DNA of 64,000 nt from Yuukianura sp. NJ FZ-2021. Its lineage: Eukaryota. Below, one piece after another: positions 49,912-62,878 of the stretch (positions within the stretch are counted from its first letter, which is position 1; every line of letters starts with the position of its first letter). The notes under the pieces were generated by a model. It was given only the letters and a program-made list of their open reading frames with translations, made no database searches and was not told the DNA's origin. The stretch is from the NCBI GenBank assembly GCA_046563655.1, contig CM102289.1, forward strand, positions 186,001-250,000, written 5' to 3'. The position numbers were made by a program, and so were the translations under genes.

Positions 49912-51698
49912 ATGGGTGTTTTGGCGTTGAACAAAACGTATCACCATGACAACTCTGCGACATTTGATTCTGGCGACATTGCCGTGTCTATTTTGTCGTC
50001 TGTTCTTCTGTGGATCCTGGTTCCTGGCTGTTCCTTCATGTACTCTGGAGGTGGGAAACGACAGAGTGCCTTGACCACTCTCATGATGTCCATGTGGGGC
50101 CTTGTGATCGTGACTGTGCAGTGGTGGGCCCTTGGCTACTCTCTTGCATTCTCCTCCTCCGGTGGGCCCTTCATCGGGAACTTAGACAACGTCTTTCTCA
50201 TTGGTGTCTATGACAAACCGGGCATCAAGCCTGCAGGCACTCTTCCAGAAATGGCATTCTGCCTCTACCAGGGCGTAACAGCAGCCCTAGGCCCAGGATT
50301 CATCTTCGGAGTGACGGCAGACAGAGGGCGCCTCATGCCAGCACTCGTCTTTACACTCCTTTGGTCAACACTCGTCTACGACGTTGTCGCCTACTGGACG
50401 CTCAACCCACATGGATGGGGAGCTCTGCTTGGCGGTAAACTTTATTAATATTATTACATATTATTATATTCAAGATTAATATATGAAATATTGATATATT
50501 CATATGATTGAATACGCAAACTTATATTCAATATTATTATAATTGGAATTTCCATAGTTCTGGACTATGGAGGCGGGGCACCCGTACATGTGCCTGTTGG
50601 GGCAGCAGCTCTTGCATACACCATGATTTTGGGCCCTACACAACAGAAAATAACGAAACCACACAACATGTCTAATGTTTTCCTGGGAACAATTCTCATC
50701 TGGATTGGTTCTTTTGGCTATAACGCTGGTTCTGGTAAATGTAAGAACAAATTTACACTTTGAACATATTTCTAAAGAAAAACTACTCTTTATAGCGTAC
50801 CGTTCAAACATTGTTGCCGTGATGACTTGCGTCAACACAAATCTGGCAGCATCAGCGTCAGCAATTGTGTGGGTTGCCCTGGACTACTGTCGCCTCAGAA
50901 ATTTCTCTGCCTTTGGATTTTGTCTCGGTGCTGTAGTGGGGCTGGTTTCGATTGTTCCCGCCTCAGGCTACGTCTCCACTTCGTCCAGCGTTGCCATTGG
51001 TGCAATCAGTACAGTTGTGTGTTACGCAGTGTATTGCTTCAGAGATCGCTTTTTCTTTGACGATGTCATGGACGTCGTGGTCGTCAACGGAATGGGCGGA
51101 CTCATGGGCAATGTTCTAGCGGTAAGCAACTTTTAGCAAGCAACTTTTTCCTAAGCAACTTGTTGCGAAATAATTTTCTGTAAACTGGAAATTTTTGGTG
51201 CAAGTTTCTGCTCAAGCTTCTGCTCAAACGTTGCCAATTTTTCACGAGGTTGTTAAATTTTTTGTTTTTTAGGGGATTTTTAGCGAGAAGTTTTATGGTG
51301 GGGACGAGGTGGGGCAGGGCGGGTGGATGGAGGGGCATTGGATGCAAGTGCCCTACCAACTTGCCAATTCCGCTGCAACTTTCAGTCTAAGTTTCGTCGT
51401 GTCGTTCGTTCTTCTCTTTGCAATGAACAAAACGAAAGTTTTGAAACTGCGCGCCAGTGCTGAGGAGGAAGTGGCTGGAATTGACGAAACTGAACTCGGG
51501 GTCAACTGCTATGAATTCTTTGAAGACGCTCTCAAGGGGACTCAAGTACCCCCTGACACGCAGATCGACAAACAGTCCAAGGTCATCACCATTTCAAATG
51601 GAATTGCAATTGAACGCAACGATTCCATCAACATCCGACCAAACAGAGAGCCAGCCAATCAAAACAGTCCACTCAGAAACAATTGGCTATTCAACTAA
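49912..51698 (+). CDS. Ammonium transporter, MEP/AmtB (Amt2) type, 4 exons
   Basis: QWWALGYSLAFS...FIGNL; ADRGRLMPALVFTLLWSTLVY; LDYGGGAPVH; KPHN...GYNAGS; NTNLAAS; LRASAEEEVAGIDETELG. Confidence 0.92.
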
Positions 51699-52443
51699 AT
51701 TAAGTTAAGCCAGTAACCTCACTTACCTAAATTGAACAATTTTATAGTAACGTTAATTCAATTACATTGAATTACGTCAATTTATGCAAATTGCGTCATT
51801 TCATGTAAATTATATGGTTAGTATGATTTTGAGCCAACGTTACTTCGTTACTTAAAGAGAGGCACAAGAATAAATTTTATGACGAGAAACGCAAATTGTT
51901 CATTTTTTTTTAATTTTTATTATGAAAAATTTGAGTGTGATTTATTTCTTCACGTGGAAAAAATTTATGAGTCCAAATCTTTGTTTATATGCATGGAGCT
52001 TGTTAATGTAAACAAGAATGCTTCCCATCTTGCTGGGGCTTCGCCCCAGACCTGTTTAACGGTCATTTTCATATTTTAAACTTTGCCTCAGACCACTTCT
52101 TCAAATCAAAGCACCCAGCTTAACCTTTGGCCTCAATCCACTTGACTATCTTTGACATTTTACAAATAAAAGACATGTTTTTTTTAGTTTTTAGTAGTAT
52201 TATACGATTTTTTCTTCAAGTGAATAAAACTTTTGAGTACAAGTTTTTTCTTCGAGTGAACGTAATTTGTGAAAGAGTGCTTGAACTTTTCGAATGTAAT
52301 TTTTTTTTTATAGTGCAAGTATTGAGTGTATTTTTTCTAACTTGTAAATATGTTTCTGGACAAAAGTTTTGCTAACCTAGGAACTGTTTATAGTAAATTG
52401 AAAACAACAAAAAGTGAACGACCATGACGCAACTCCAAGTTGA

Positions 52444-54041
52444 TCAGGAAGTTTGCACAGGCGTAATGGCTATGTCCATGTGCTGTAGAGCCAAAGTGTT
52501 CAGAGTCAAGTAGTTTCTGGCTTTGACCGATGTGACCTCCAGGTCAAAGTGTTGTACAAAATGGGCCAAAAACAGTTTAGTTATGTTCACACTAATGTTT
52601 CTGCCCGGACACGCATGAACTCCGGCTCCCCACAACCAAATTGACCTCGGATCCATCGGTTCCCGCTCCTCCTCACGCAGAAATCTCTCCGGGTTGAATT
52701 TACCCGGATTCGAAAAAACTTCTCCCGCCTGCTCCTGTTCAAGCAAAAGTGCTCCGGGTACCCACAGAACATCGGCGTTCCCGAGATAATACGAACCTAT
52801 GTACGAGTGTGGAAATGTTTTTCGGGCTAAAATCGTGATGTTGCCGTTGATTCGTGCTGCTTCCGTTACAATTGCATTGAGAGTTTTGTTTTTGATGATT
52901 TCGGTAACCCCGACTTGTTCCGGATTAAGTTCGGATCGAATTTGGGCCAAGAGATCGGGGCGATGTGAGAATTCTTTGAGAACGTGAGCACATAAAGTAG
53001 ACGGCGTTGCAGTCATAGTAAATTGCATGGCTAAGATTATCTCACAAACTTCTTCCGCGGCAAGTTTTCGGCCGAGGTTTTCCGAAGTGTACTCAACAGC
53101 ATGACGGACTACTGCGCAAGTATTTTCTGATTTGTCGTCAATGTACTTGCGTACTGTGGGTAGTAAAAGTTCAACGTAGCGTTTGCGCAGTTGCCGAGAT
53201 TTGCTGACAAAAAAGTAGCTGACGATGAATTGGGGCAAGATGAAACTCGCAAAAGCTGCAGTGACCACAGCAGTATGAAATTTGTTATAAGTTTCAAAAA
53301 TTTGAGGTGAGAGGTCAAGGCCAGTCACGATTTTGAAAATAGCATGAAAGTAAGATTGTCGCAGCATCGCATCCATCGTGAGTCCTTGCGATTTCATGCC
53401 GCACGGCGTCTGCGTAGTTTTGAGTCCCAGAACAGAGGCCTGTATATGCTCGTTTGCTGCGTTCAAAACTTCGGTCATGCGCGAAAATGCGAGTTTGATA
53501 AACGGTTTGGCCACAGCAACAGAGTTGGTCATCGTGTCGGAAAATGAGACGTTGAAATTCGTCAAGGCAATGAAGTTGTAGAAGGAGAATTTTGATTCGT
53601 CGGCGGCAAAAAATTCAGACAAAAGTTGTCGGTCACACATGAGCGTCATCTTCCTCTTCCCGACGCGAATTGTAAACAACTTCCCGTAGTTGTCGTAACA
53701 ACGACCGATGAACGCATGCGGATCTCTGGCTAACGGGATCAAATGACCAATTATGGGCCACGCCCCGCCCACTTCCGGCGCCTCTTGACTCCCCTCCACG
53801 CCTGCGCGACGCCGATTTTTGAAGAATTTCACGTGGAGAAGCAGAAACGCTAAACACAGCAGCACAGTCTCCAAGATTCTGAAATTGCTCAAATCCAAAA
53901 AAAATTAGAAAACAATTTTTAGCATTTTGTTAATTGTTAAAGTTGTTTGAAACAATTTTGTTCATTTGAGTTTTTAATTTTGTCATACCCATGAACTGAA
54001 AATGGAGCAGTTTGGGAGCTACTAAACACTGCAGTTATCAT
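52444..54041 (-). CDS. Cytochrome P450 resembling CYP51/CYP7 clans (short first exon plus long second exon)
   Basis: Exon 1 MITAVFSSSQTAPFSVHG joined to ILETVLL...; PIIGH...DPHAFIGRCYDNYGKLFTI; EAAR (ExxR), FNPERF, heme WGAGVHACPG. Confidence 0.9.
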
Positions 54042-55218
54042 TTTAAAAAAAAAAAGAAGTTTAAAAAAAAGAAGTTTTGAACTACAAAATTCAAGAGAAA
54101 AATTTTGAAAATTCCAGCGACTATACAAAATTTGAGCTTTGAATTTCTGCAACTTGTAAATTTTTGTTAGATTTAAAAGTTTGGAGCTTTCTGCGTACTT
54201 TTCAGAAAGAAAACTATAACTAGACAAGCTAAAAAAGAGTCCCTTTTATAGCACATTCTCCACTTTATAAAAAAAAATTGAGTTACAGTGTTTGTTACAT
54301 TGATTTGTTTTTCAAGTCTGGTTTTCATAAAAAAAGAACATGCTAAAGTTAGTTAAAAAAAATAGTAAAAATAGTATGTTGACTTTAACTTTTGTAATTA
54401 AAAGTTATCCAGTCTTTGGAGAAAATGGAAAATTAAAATTCAAAAACTCAGGAAATGAAACTGGTTTTTGAGAATGTATGCTTTCTTTTTTTATGACTAA
54501 AAATCAGTACATCGCAATTGATTTTCCGTTAATCGCTTTGGACGCCGTTAGTTTTCCTAGAAGATTTCCTTGTGAAATATTTTAAGGACTAAAAAAAGTT
54601 GCGTTAACTAAACAATCCCACGCCTACTGCTTGTTACTTCTGCACAGGAATTACTACAATCAAGTATGATAATTACAACCTGTTTAGAATTAATTTAACA
54701 ATTAACATAATAACGACTCACTTCCTTCCAACAACAGTTAAAGTTAACACAATTGTGTCTTCCAAATCATAGTCAGTATCCGTGTACCGTAAAATTACTA
54801 CAAACGAGCGGGCCCTTATTCTTCATTTTCAAATGAAATCATTTACTCTTAAGTTTTGTAAATAAGAGCCTTGACCAGTAGTAGGAGCCTTACGGTACTT
54901 TTAATAAGTTGTCTGGGTTGTTTTCAGCGTTCCTTGAGTAGAACTGCTGACGGCAAAGGTCAACTAGGTCAACCTTCAACAAATGAGAAATCAATGACAA
55001 AAAATCAAAGGAAATCAAACTATGTTGGATTAGTTTTTAACTTCATTTGGATTGATTAACTTTGCCATAAGGACATTTTTAAAAAGTTTTAAAAATATTC
55101 GGCCAGAAATTCGAATCTTTGGTCCAAAATTTTTTTTTATTAGTGTAGAAGAAACTTAAAACATTGCTTAACTTTATACGATAATTTTTGTTTAAAAAAA
55201 TCGTTTCGTTTCGTCAAA

Positions 55219-56826
55219 ATGAAACTAGTTTCGGTTTATGCATTTTTTGTGACTCTGCTTTTCTACAGTTTGGCTCCCGTTTTAGGCTTCGTGATTTTTT
55301 TAATGTTTTTGAAATCCAAACTTATTGAAACTGGTGCCAAAATTTGGACAGGTGTTGCTTCTCCTTGTAACTTTCAGAGTGAAGTGCACATGGTTTCCTC
55401 CAAAGTGTTCATATTTTTGCACATTCTCATTGGTGGTCACGTGCCCTACGACCAAATTTTGAACACGTTTAAAACAAGAGTCATTTTAAAAAAAGACCGC
55501 CAAGGGAACTTACTCTACGAAAAACTGCAACAAAAAATTACGTACGTCTTTGGGCGCCCATTTTGGACCAGAGATCCCTCCTTCTCACTGGAAAATCATA
55601 TCAAACTGTACAGAAATGGACAGAGAGTGGACATTTCGGAGCTAAAAAGTGTCCAGCAGGAGTTGAACGCATGCGCAGTTAAAATTGACCCGTGTAGCTC
55701 CTCCCCCTGGGTCATCTGGGTCGTTGACCTCTGGGAGGTCAAAGGTCAAAGTCCAAAAACTGCCCTGATTCTGTACTACCACCATATGCTAGGGGATGGA
55801 CACACTTTGTATCACATGATGACTGGATTATGTGATGAGCAAACGCCTTTACTCAAACCCAAAACGGTCGTTCAAAATCGGCGGCGTCAAAATATTTGCG
55901 CGTCGATTTTTTCTGAGCTCAAAGCCCCCTACGACTGTGCCAAGTTGAAAATGGAGGTAAACAACATCAGTTGCCCATGGCCACTCACGGCGACATCACA
56001 ACGTGTCGCCGCGGTGTCCAAGCCGATTGACCTTGAGGTCATGAAGGTCACCGCCAAATCTGCCCGCGTTGCCGTGACGACAGTGATATTGGCTGGAATC
56101 ATGCAGGCTCTTGTACGTACGCGACTGAAAAATTTTAAACTGGAATCGGGAAACTGCATTGTAGGGACAATGGCGATTCCAATTCAGAGAAGAATGGAAG
56201 ACAACGCGGGAAATCCTATGTAAAGTTATCCAAAGTTTTTTGAAAAAAAAAAACAATCTTTTTTTTACTTTTGGTTTTTGAATTTGCAGCCTTCCATTTG
56301 TGATGCTGAATCTACCGGTTCTGCCTTTGACTCAAAGTGAAAAAGTGGTGGAGGAATTTCAAAAAGTTTTGCTGAGGGGAATGTCGTCGTGCCTTTTGTC
56401 GCCGAGATTTATGAAACTTTTAAATTTCTACTCGAATTTATCTCGAATTGACTATGGACAAGAAACAACGAAAAAACTTTTGGTGATTGCAAATTTTCCT
56501 GGCTCAACAACACAACTCTTCTGCAACAAAATTCCAGTTGAAGACTTGGATTTTGGACAAGAGTCGAGCGGAAATTTCCGTAAGTTTTCTTAAAGTTTTG
56601 CACTCAACAAACTTTTAATTCTGTTTAACAATTTTTTGAAAAATTATTTTCAGTTTTTGTCGTTTCCGCGTTTTCGTACAACGGACGCATTCGGTTTCGT
56701 GTAAATGCTGATCAATGTATAATTTCAAGTGAAAGTGAAGCTGAGGAGTTTGTTGAAAACGTTGAGCGCCAAATCCAAAATTTCACAGACGAATACTCAG
56801 AAATTCCTTGCATACAAGTGGAGTAA
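55219..56826 (+). CDS. Wax ester synthase/diacylglycerol acyltransferase (WS/DGAT)-like O-acyltransferase, copy 1
   Basis: WTRDPSFSLENHI; catalytic HHMLGDG (HHxxxDG); GNP; ANFPG; C-terminal FSYNGRIRFRVNAD; 3 exons. Confidence 0.82.
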
Positions 56827-57479
56827 TTAACATTTAAACCAAGGTTGCTATAGCTATGAAATAGTTTTCCTTTAACAGGTTAGGCAATAAGTCCTGTTTT
56901 TGAGAAATCATGAGAAACAATTTTCTCTACCTTTTTTGTTTTTTTCTACTTTTACTTTGAATTTCCCAATTCAAAAGCCATCTCTCCAATTTTTTTAATT
57001 CCGTTACCATGCCTACTGGGATTAAAACTAGGTGAATTTAGTTTTGAAAATATTTTTCGCAAAAAAATTAAAACTCAAATTATTGCCTAACCTGTTAAAG
57101 AAAAAGTATTATCCACCTTGTTGTAAACTGTCACATTTTACATCACCTTCACTAAATGATGCACCTTGCTTTAAACTGTCACCTTTATTGAATATTGCTT
57201 AAATAAGTAAATTTTAAGCCACCTTCATACAAAATATTCTGAGAAATGTTTATGTCTTGAGATTTTTCTAGAATTTTGTTCTAAAAATTGTGTACTGTCG
57301 GTACTAAAAGTAATAATAAAAGACGTAGGTTTTGCGTAGACTCAGAGATTTGGTGACAAAAAAGCAATTCACGACGGATTAGGTCAAGATCAAGCTTGCT
57401 TAACTCGAAATTTTGTTTATTTCTTCTTATAAGGTTATGTCAAAACTCCTGTTTTCTTGACTTTAAATTTTTTGAATCA

Positions 57480-57965
57480 CACGTTTTGCGCTACCCTTAC
57501 ACGCTTCCGTTGCGTTAGCAATTCGAAACCAAAACCTAAAGATTCCTATAGCAAAGCGTAAGAAAAAAACCAATATTTTTGGTAAGAAAACAAAATTCGT
57601 ATGAAATTCGTACCAAAGTTGTTTTTCCTTGTTTTTTTTTGAAAATCGGAATTATGACATAACCTCTTACGCCATTTGTATAAATGGTCGCTATAGCAAT
57701 CTTGGTCAAGATGAAACAAACAAAAGTTGCAGTGACAACAGGAGTATGAAATCTGTAAAGTTTCAAAAATTTGAGGTCAAGGCCAGTCATGATTTAAAAA
57801 CGGCGCGATCATAAGATTCGCGAAGCATTCCGTCCATCATGAGTTGCCTTGAAGTTTTTCCGCTCTTTAGGCGCGTAGATTTGGGTCCACTACTAAGGGC
57901 TTTATATGCTCGTTTCCTGCGTTGAGGACATCACTCGTGTGAGGAAAAGCTAGTTTGATAAACTA
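57480..57965 (-). pseudogene. Degenerate P450 fragment (duplicate of the 52444-54041 gene)
   Basis: 57700-57960 aligns by eye to 53230-53500 (e.g. AGTTTCAAAAATTTGAGGT..CAAGGCCAGTCA); truncated with indels. Confidence 0.7.
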
Positions 57966-58336
57966 AAGACTGAAATTATCATTTAAAAAAAATAAGTTTT
58001 AAAAAAATTATTTAGTTTTCAACTCCAAATTCAAGAGGAAATTTTGAAAACCCGAAGGACATAAACAAAACTTGAGCTCTGAAAGTCGAAACCTTTTGCC
58101 GAATTTAAAATTGGAGCTATTTGAAAATGTGTAACTAGCTGTCTACTTTCCAGACATAAAACTAAAAATTGGACAAGTTGCAAAAAGAGATGCTTTTATA
58201 GCACAATTTCCAAATGAGAGAAAAAAAATGTAAAAAAAAAAAGAGATACAGTATCTAATTAGTATGTTTTTGATGTCTAGTTTTTATGAAAACAAAAATC
58301 AGCATGCAAAAGTTAGCAAAAAAAACAGTAAAAGTA

Positions 58337-60388
58337 TGGAGGGATATTAGTAGCAAAACTAATTAAACTCTCCCCCGCCAATTAAAGTTTCCCCAATTAA
58401 AAAAGTTAACTTTCGCCAATTAATCAATTGGCGAAAATTTAATTGGCGGAAAGTTAATCGGGGAAAGCTAAAACGGGGAAAAGTTAATTGGGGGGATTTT
58501 AAACGGCGAAAAGTTAATTGGGGGGATTTTAAACGGCGAGAAGTTAATCGGCGAAACTTTAAACGGCGAAAAGTTAATTGGGGGATTTTAAACGGCGAAA
58601 AGTTAGGGGAAGTTTTAAACGGCGAGAAGTTAATCGGCGAAACTTTAAACGGCGAAAAGTGAGTGTTTGCCGTCAATAGATTTCTCCCCCAATTGAGTTT
58701 CCCGTCAATAGATTTCTCCCCCCAATTGAGTTTCCCGTCAATAGACTTCTCCCCCCAATTGATTTCACAAAAATACTCAGAGATGATACCGGGCACCTGT
58801 AATATATGGGCACCCAAATTATATCATATTTATTTCAAATCTTATGTAAATTAAATTAAACTAATTTCAAAACTAATTAAAATTTTCAATTATTTTTAAT
58901 TAGTATTTAGCACACTTAGTTTATCATTAATTAACTTATAATACATTAATAGTTGAATTTAATGTTGCCCATGTATGATGTAGGCGTAGCGACATGGTAA
59001 ATGACTTTTTCATTTACCATTTTGTTTTGAAATCAAATAGAAACAAGTTCTTAGGTTTCAAACCAATTTAACCATTTTTAATTAAGTTCAAGCTTCTAAG
59101 TTGAAGTCAGGTGCCTGGTCTAAAAAAAGTCATGTCAGTTGAAGCAACTGCTGCTGCAAGCAATTTCTGGATACCATTCTCTCATCAACGTTAAGGTCAG
59201 TGCATAATGAATTTGTAAAGGGCCCCTATTTTTCAATCGTGTTTTTGACCTTAACCAAAGTCAAACTTAATGCTGTATATTAATTCACTTTTCAGAGCAG
59301 CAAACTTGAACCATTATTTGGACAATGTCATTCCGGCTTTTCCAGGCTGTCCCCGGATTGCTAATGCTGAGGAGAATGAAGACTCAGACTCAGAAGACTC
59401 AGGAGACTCAGAAGTTTGCTGCTCTGAAAAGTGAATTAATATACAGCATTAAGTTTGACTTTGGTTAAGGTCAAAAACACGATTGAAAAATAGGGGCCCT
59501 TTACAAATTCATTATGCACTGACCTTAACGTTGATGAGAGAATGGTATCCAGAAATTGCTTGCAGCAGCAGTTGCTTCAACTGACATGACTTTTTTTAGA
59601 CCAGGCACCTGACTTCAACTTAGAAACTTGAACTTAATTAAAAATGGTTAAATTGGTTTGAAACCTAAGAACTTGTTTCTATTTGATTTCAAAACAAAAT
59701 GGTAAATGAAAAAGTCATTTACCATGTCGCTACGCCTACATCATACATGGGCAACATTAAATTCAACTATTAATGTATTATAAGTTAATTAATGATAAAC
59801 TAAGTGTGCTAAATACTAATTAAAAATAATTGAAAATTTTAATTAGTTTTGAAATTAGTTTAATTTAATTTACATAAGATTTGAAATAAATATGATATAA
59901 TTTGGGTGCCCATATATTACAGGTGCCCGGTATCATCTCTGAGTATTTTTGTGAAATCAATTGGGGGGAGAAGTCTATTGACGGGAAACTCAATTGGGGG
60001 GAGAAATCTATTGACGGGAAACTCAATTGGGGGGAGAAATCTATTGACGGCAAACACTCACTTTTCGCCGTTTAAAGTTTCGCCGATTAACTTCTCGCAG
60101 TTTAAAATTTCCCCCATTAACTTTTCGCCGTTTAAAATCCCCCCAATTAACTTTTCGCCGTTTAAAGTTTCGCCGATTAACTTCTCGCCGTTTAAAATCC
60201 CCCCAATTAACTTTTCGCCGTTTAAAATCCCCCAATTAACTTTTCCCCGTTTTAGCTTTCCCCGATTAACTTTCCGCCAATTAAATTTTCGCCAATTGAT
60301 TAATTGGCGAAAGTTAACTTTTTTAATTGGGGAAACTTTAATTGGCGGGGGAAAGTTTAATTAGTTTTGCTACTAATATCCCTCCATA
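58337..60388. mobile_element. 2-kb foldback (palindromic) element
   Basis: Near-identical ~970-bp inverted arms (58335-59307 / 59412-60388), ~100-bp spacer, tandem subrepeats TTTAAACGGCGAAAAGTTAAT, direct repeat TAAAAGTA on both flanks; empty site in the paralogous region near 54370. Confidence 0.9.
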
Positions 60389-61265
60389 TAAAAGTAGACA
60401 ATTGTCCACTTTAAATGTTGGAATTAAAAGATAACATCCAGTGTTTGGAAAAATCGCAAAATTTAAAATTCAAAAAACTCAGGAAATGAAACTAGTTTTT
60501 GAGATGTTTCATTTTTTGTGACTAAAACTCGATGCTTTGCAATTGATTTTCCGTCACCCGCTTTAAACGCCGCCGTTTGTTTTTGAGTTAGATTTCCTTG
60601 CGACATGGTTCATGTAAAAAAAGTTGCGTGAAAGAAACAGCCACTCCTATTTCCTGTTACTTCTGCGCAGCAATTGCTACAATCCATTGTGATAATTACA
60701 ACCTGTTTAGATTTAATTTAACAATTAACATAATAAAAGATTCACTTCAACTTCCAATAAAAGTTAAAGTTAACACAACTGTATTTTGTGTATTCCAAAT
60801 CTCAAAGTCAGTTTCCGTGTACCGTAAAATTGTTATAAACGACTGCGGGCCTTATTCTGGATTTTCAAATTTAGTCAATTACTTTTAAGTTTAGTTGTGA
60901 TTTCATTTTTGGAAATAAAGCCTTGACCAATAGTAGGAGCCTTACGGTACTTTTTAATAAATTATCTGTGTATTGTTCTTCCTTGAGTAGAAACGCTCCC
61001 CCAAAGGTCAACTGGGTCAAGTTTTAACAAATGAGAAATCAATGACAAAAAATGGGATCAAAGGAAATCACACTATGTTTGATTAGTTCTTAACTACATT
61101 TGGATTGATCAACTTTATCATATGCACATTTCAAAAAAGTTTAAAACAAAATTTAGGCAGAAATTGGAAACTTTAGTTCAAAATTTGTTAATTAGTGTAG
61201 CAGAAACTTACGACATTACGTTCAATACACGATAATTTTTGTAAAAATCGTTTTGTTTCGTCAAA

Positions 61266-62878
61266 ATGAAACTACTTTCGGTTTATGCATTTTTTCTGAC
61301 TCTGGTTTTCTACAGTTTGGCTCCCATTATAGGCTTCGCGATGTTTCTAATGTTTTTGAAATCCAAACTTATTGGAACCGTTGCCAAAATTTGGAAAGGC
61401 GTTGTTTCTCCATGCACCTTTCAAAGTGAAGTGCACATGGTTTCGTCCAAATTGTTCATATTTTTGCACATTTTGATCGGTGGTCACGTGCCCTACGACC
61501 AAATTTTGAACAAGTTTAGAACAAGAGTCATTTTAAAAAAAGACCGCCAAGGGAACTTACTCTACGAAAAACTGCAACAAAAAATCACTTACGTCTTTGG
61601 ACGCCCATTTTGGACCAGAGATGAACACTTTTCACTGGAAAATCACATTAAAATGTACAGAAATGGACAGAGAGTGGACACTTCTGAGCTAAAAAGTGTC
61701 CAGAAGGAGTTGAACGCATGCGCAGTTAAAATTGACCCGTGTAGCTCCTCCCCTGGGTCATGTGGGTCGTTGACCTCTGGGAGGTCAAAGGTAAATGTCC
61801 CAAAACTGCCCTGATTCTGTACTACCACCACATGCTAGGGGATGGACACACTTTGTATCACATGATGACTGGATTATGTGACGAACAAACGCCTTTACTC
61901 AAACCCAAAACAGTCGTTCAAAATCGGCGGCGTGAAAATTTTTGCGCGTCGATTTTATCCGAACTGAAAGCCCCCTACGACTGTGCCAAGTTGAGAATGG
62001 AGGGAAATGACATCAGTTGCCCATGGCCAGTCACGGTAACATCAAAACGTGTCGCCGCGGTATCCAAGCTGATTGACCTTGAGGTCATGAAGGTCACGGC
62101 GAAATCTGCCCGCGTTGCCGTGACGACCGTGATATTGGCTGGAATCATGCAAGCTCTGGCACGAACACGACTGAAAAATTTTAAACTGGAACCGGGAAAC
62201 TGCATTGTAGGGGCCATGGCAATTCCGGTTCGGAGAAGAAACGAAGAAAAAGCGGGAAATCCTGTGTAATCTTTTCAAAAACTAACTTTTAAAAAAGAAC
62301 TTTTTGAAATGGTTTCATAATTTTGCCTTTTCAATTTGCAGACTCCCAGTTGTGATGTTAAATCTGCCGGTTCTGCCGTTGACCCAAACTGAAAAAGTGC
62401 TGGAGGAATTTCAAAAAGTTTTGCTGCGGGGAATGTCGTCGTGCTTTTTGTTGCCGGGATTTATGAAATTTTTGAATTCCTACTCAAATTTATTTCGACT
62501 TGACTACGGAAAAGAAGCAACTAAAAAAGTTTTGGTGATTGCAAATTTTCCAGGAGCAACTACACAACTTTTCTGGGACAAAATTCCAATTGAAGACTTG
62601 GATTGTGGTCAGGAGTCGAGCGGAAATTTCCGTAAGTTCTCTTAAGAGTTTTGCACTCAACAAAATTTTAATCCCGTCGATAAATTTTTTGAAAAATATT
62701 TTCAGTTTTTGTCGTTTCCGCGTTTTCGTACAACGGACACATTCGGCTTCGTGTAAATGCTGATCAATGCATAATTTCAAGTGAAAGTGAAGCTGAGGAG
62801 TTTGTTGAAAATGTTGAGCGCCAAATCCAAAATTTCACAGACGAATACTCAGAAATTCCTTGCATAAAAGTGGAGTAA
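61266..62878 (+). pseudogene. WS/DGAT-like acyltransferase copy 2 with a single-base frameshift (pseudogene or homopolymer sequencing error)
   Basis: Collinear with copy 1. C5 run in copy 1 (CTCCCCCTGG) is C4 near 61750; HHMLGDG continues in the shifted frame. Confidence 0.7.

Noticed and set aside
53905..53925. ATG followed by an in-frame TAA just before the P450 ORF, suggesting a pseudogene or readthrough
   Set aside because: Falls inside an intron; the upstream exon at 53989-54041 splices in frame
58359..60364. Mirror-image 152-aa ORFs and CRISPR-like periodicity
   Set aside because: Products of palindrome subrepeats; no unique spacers, no cas genes, eukaryotic context
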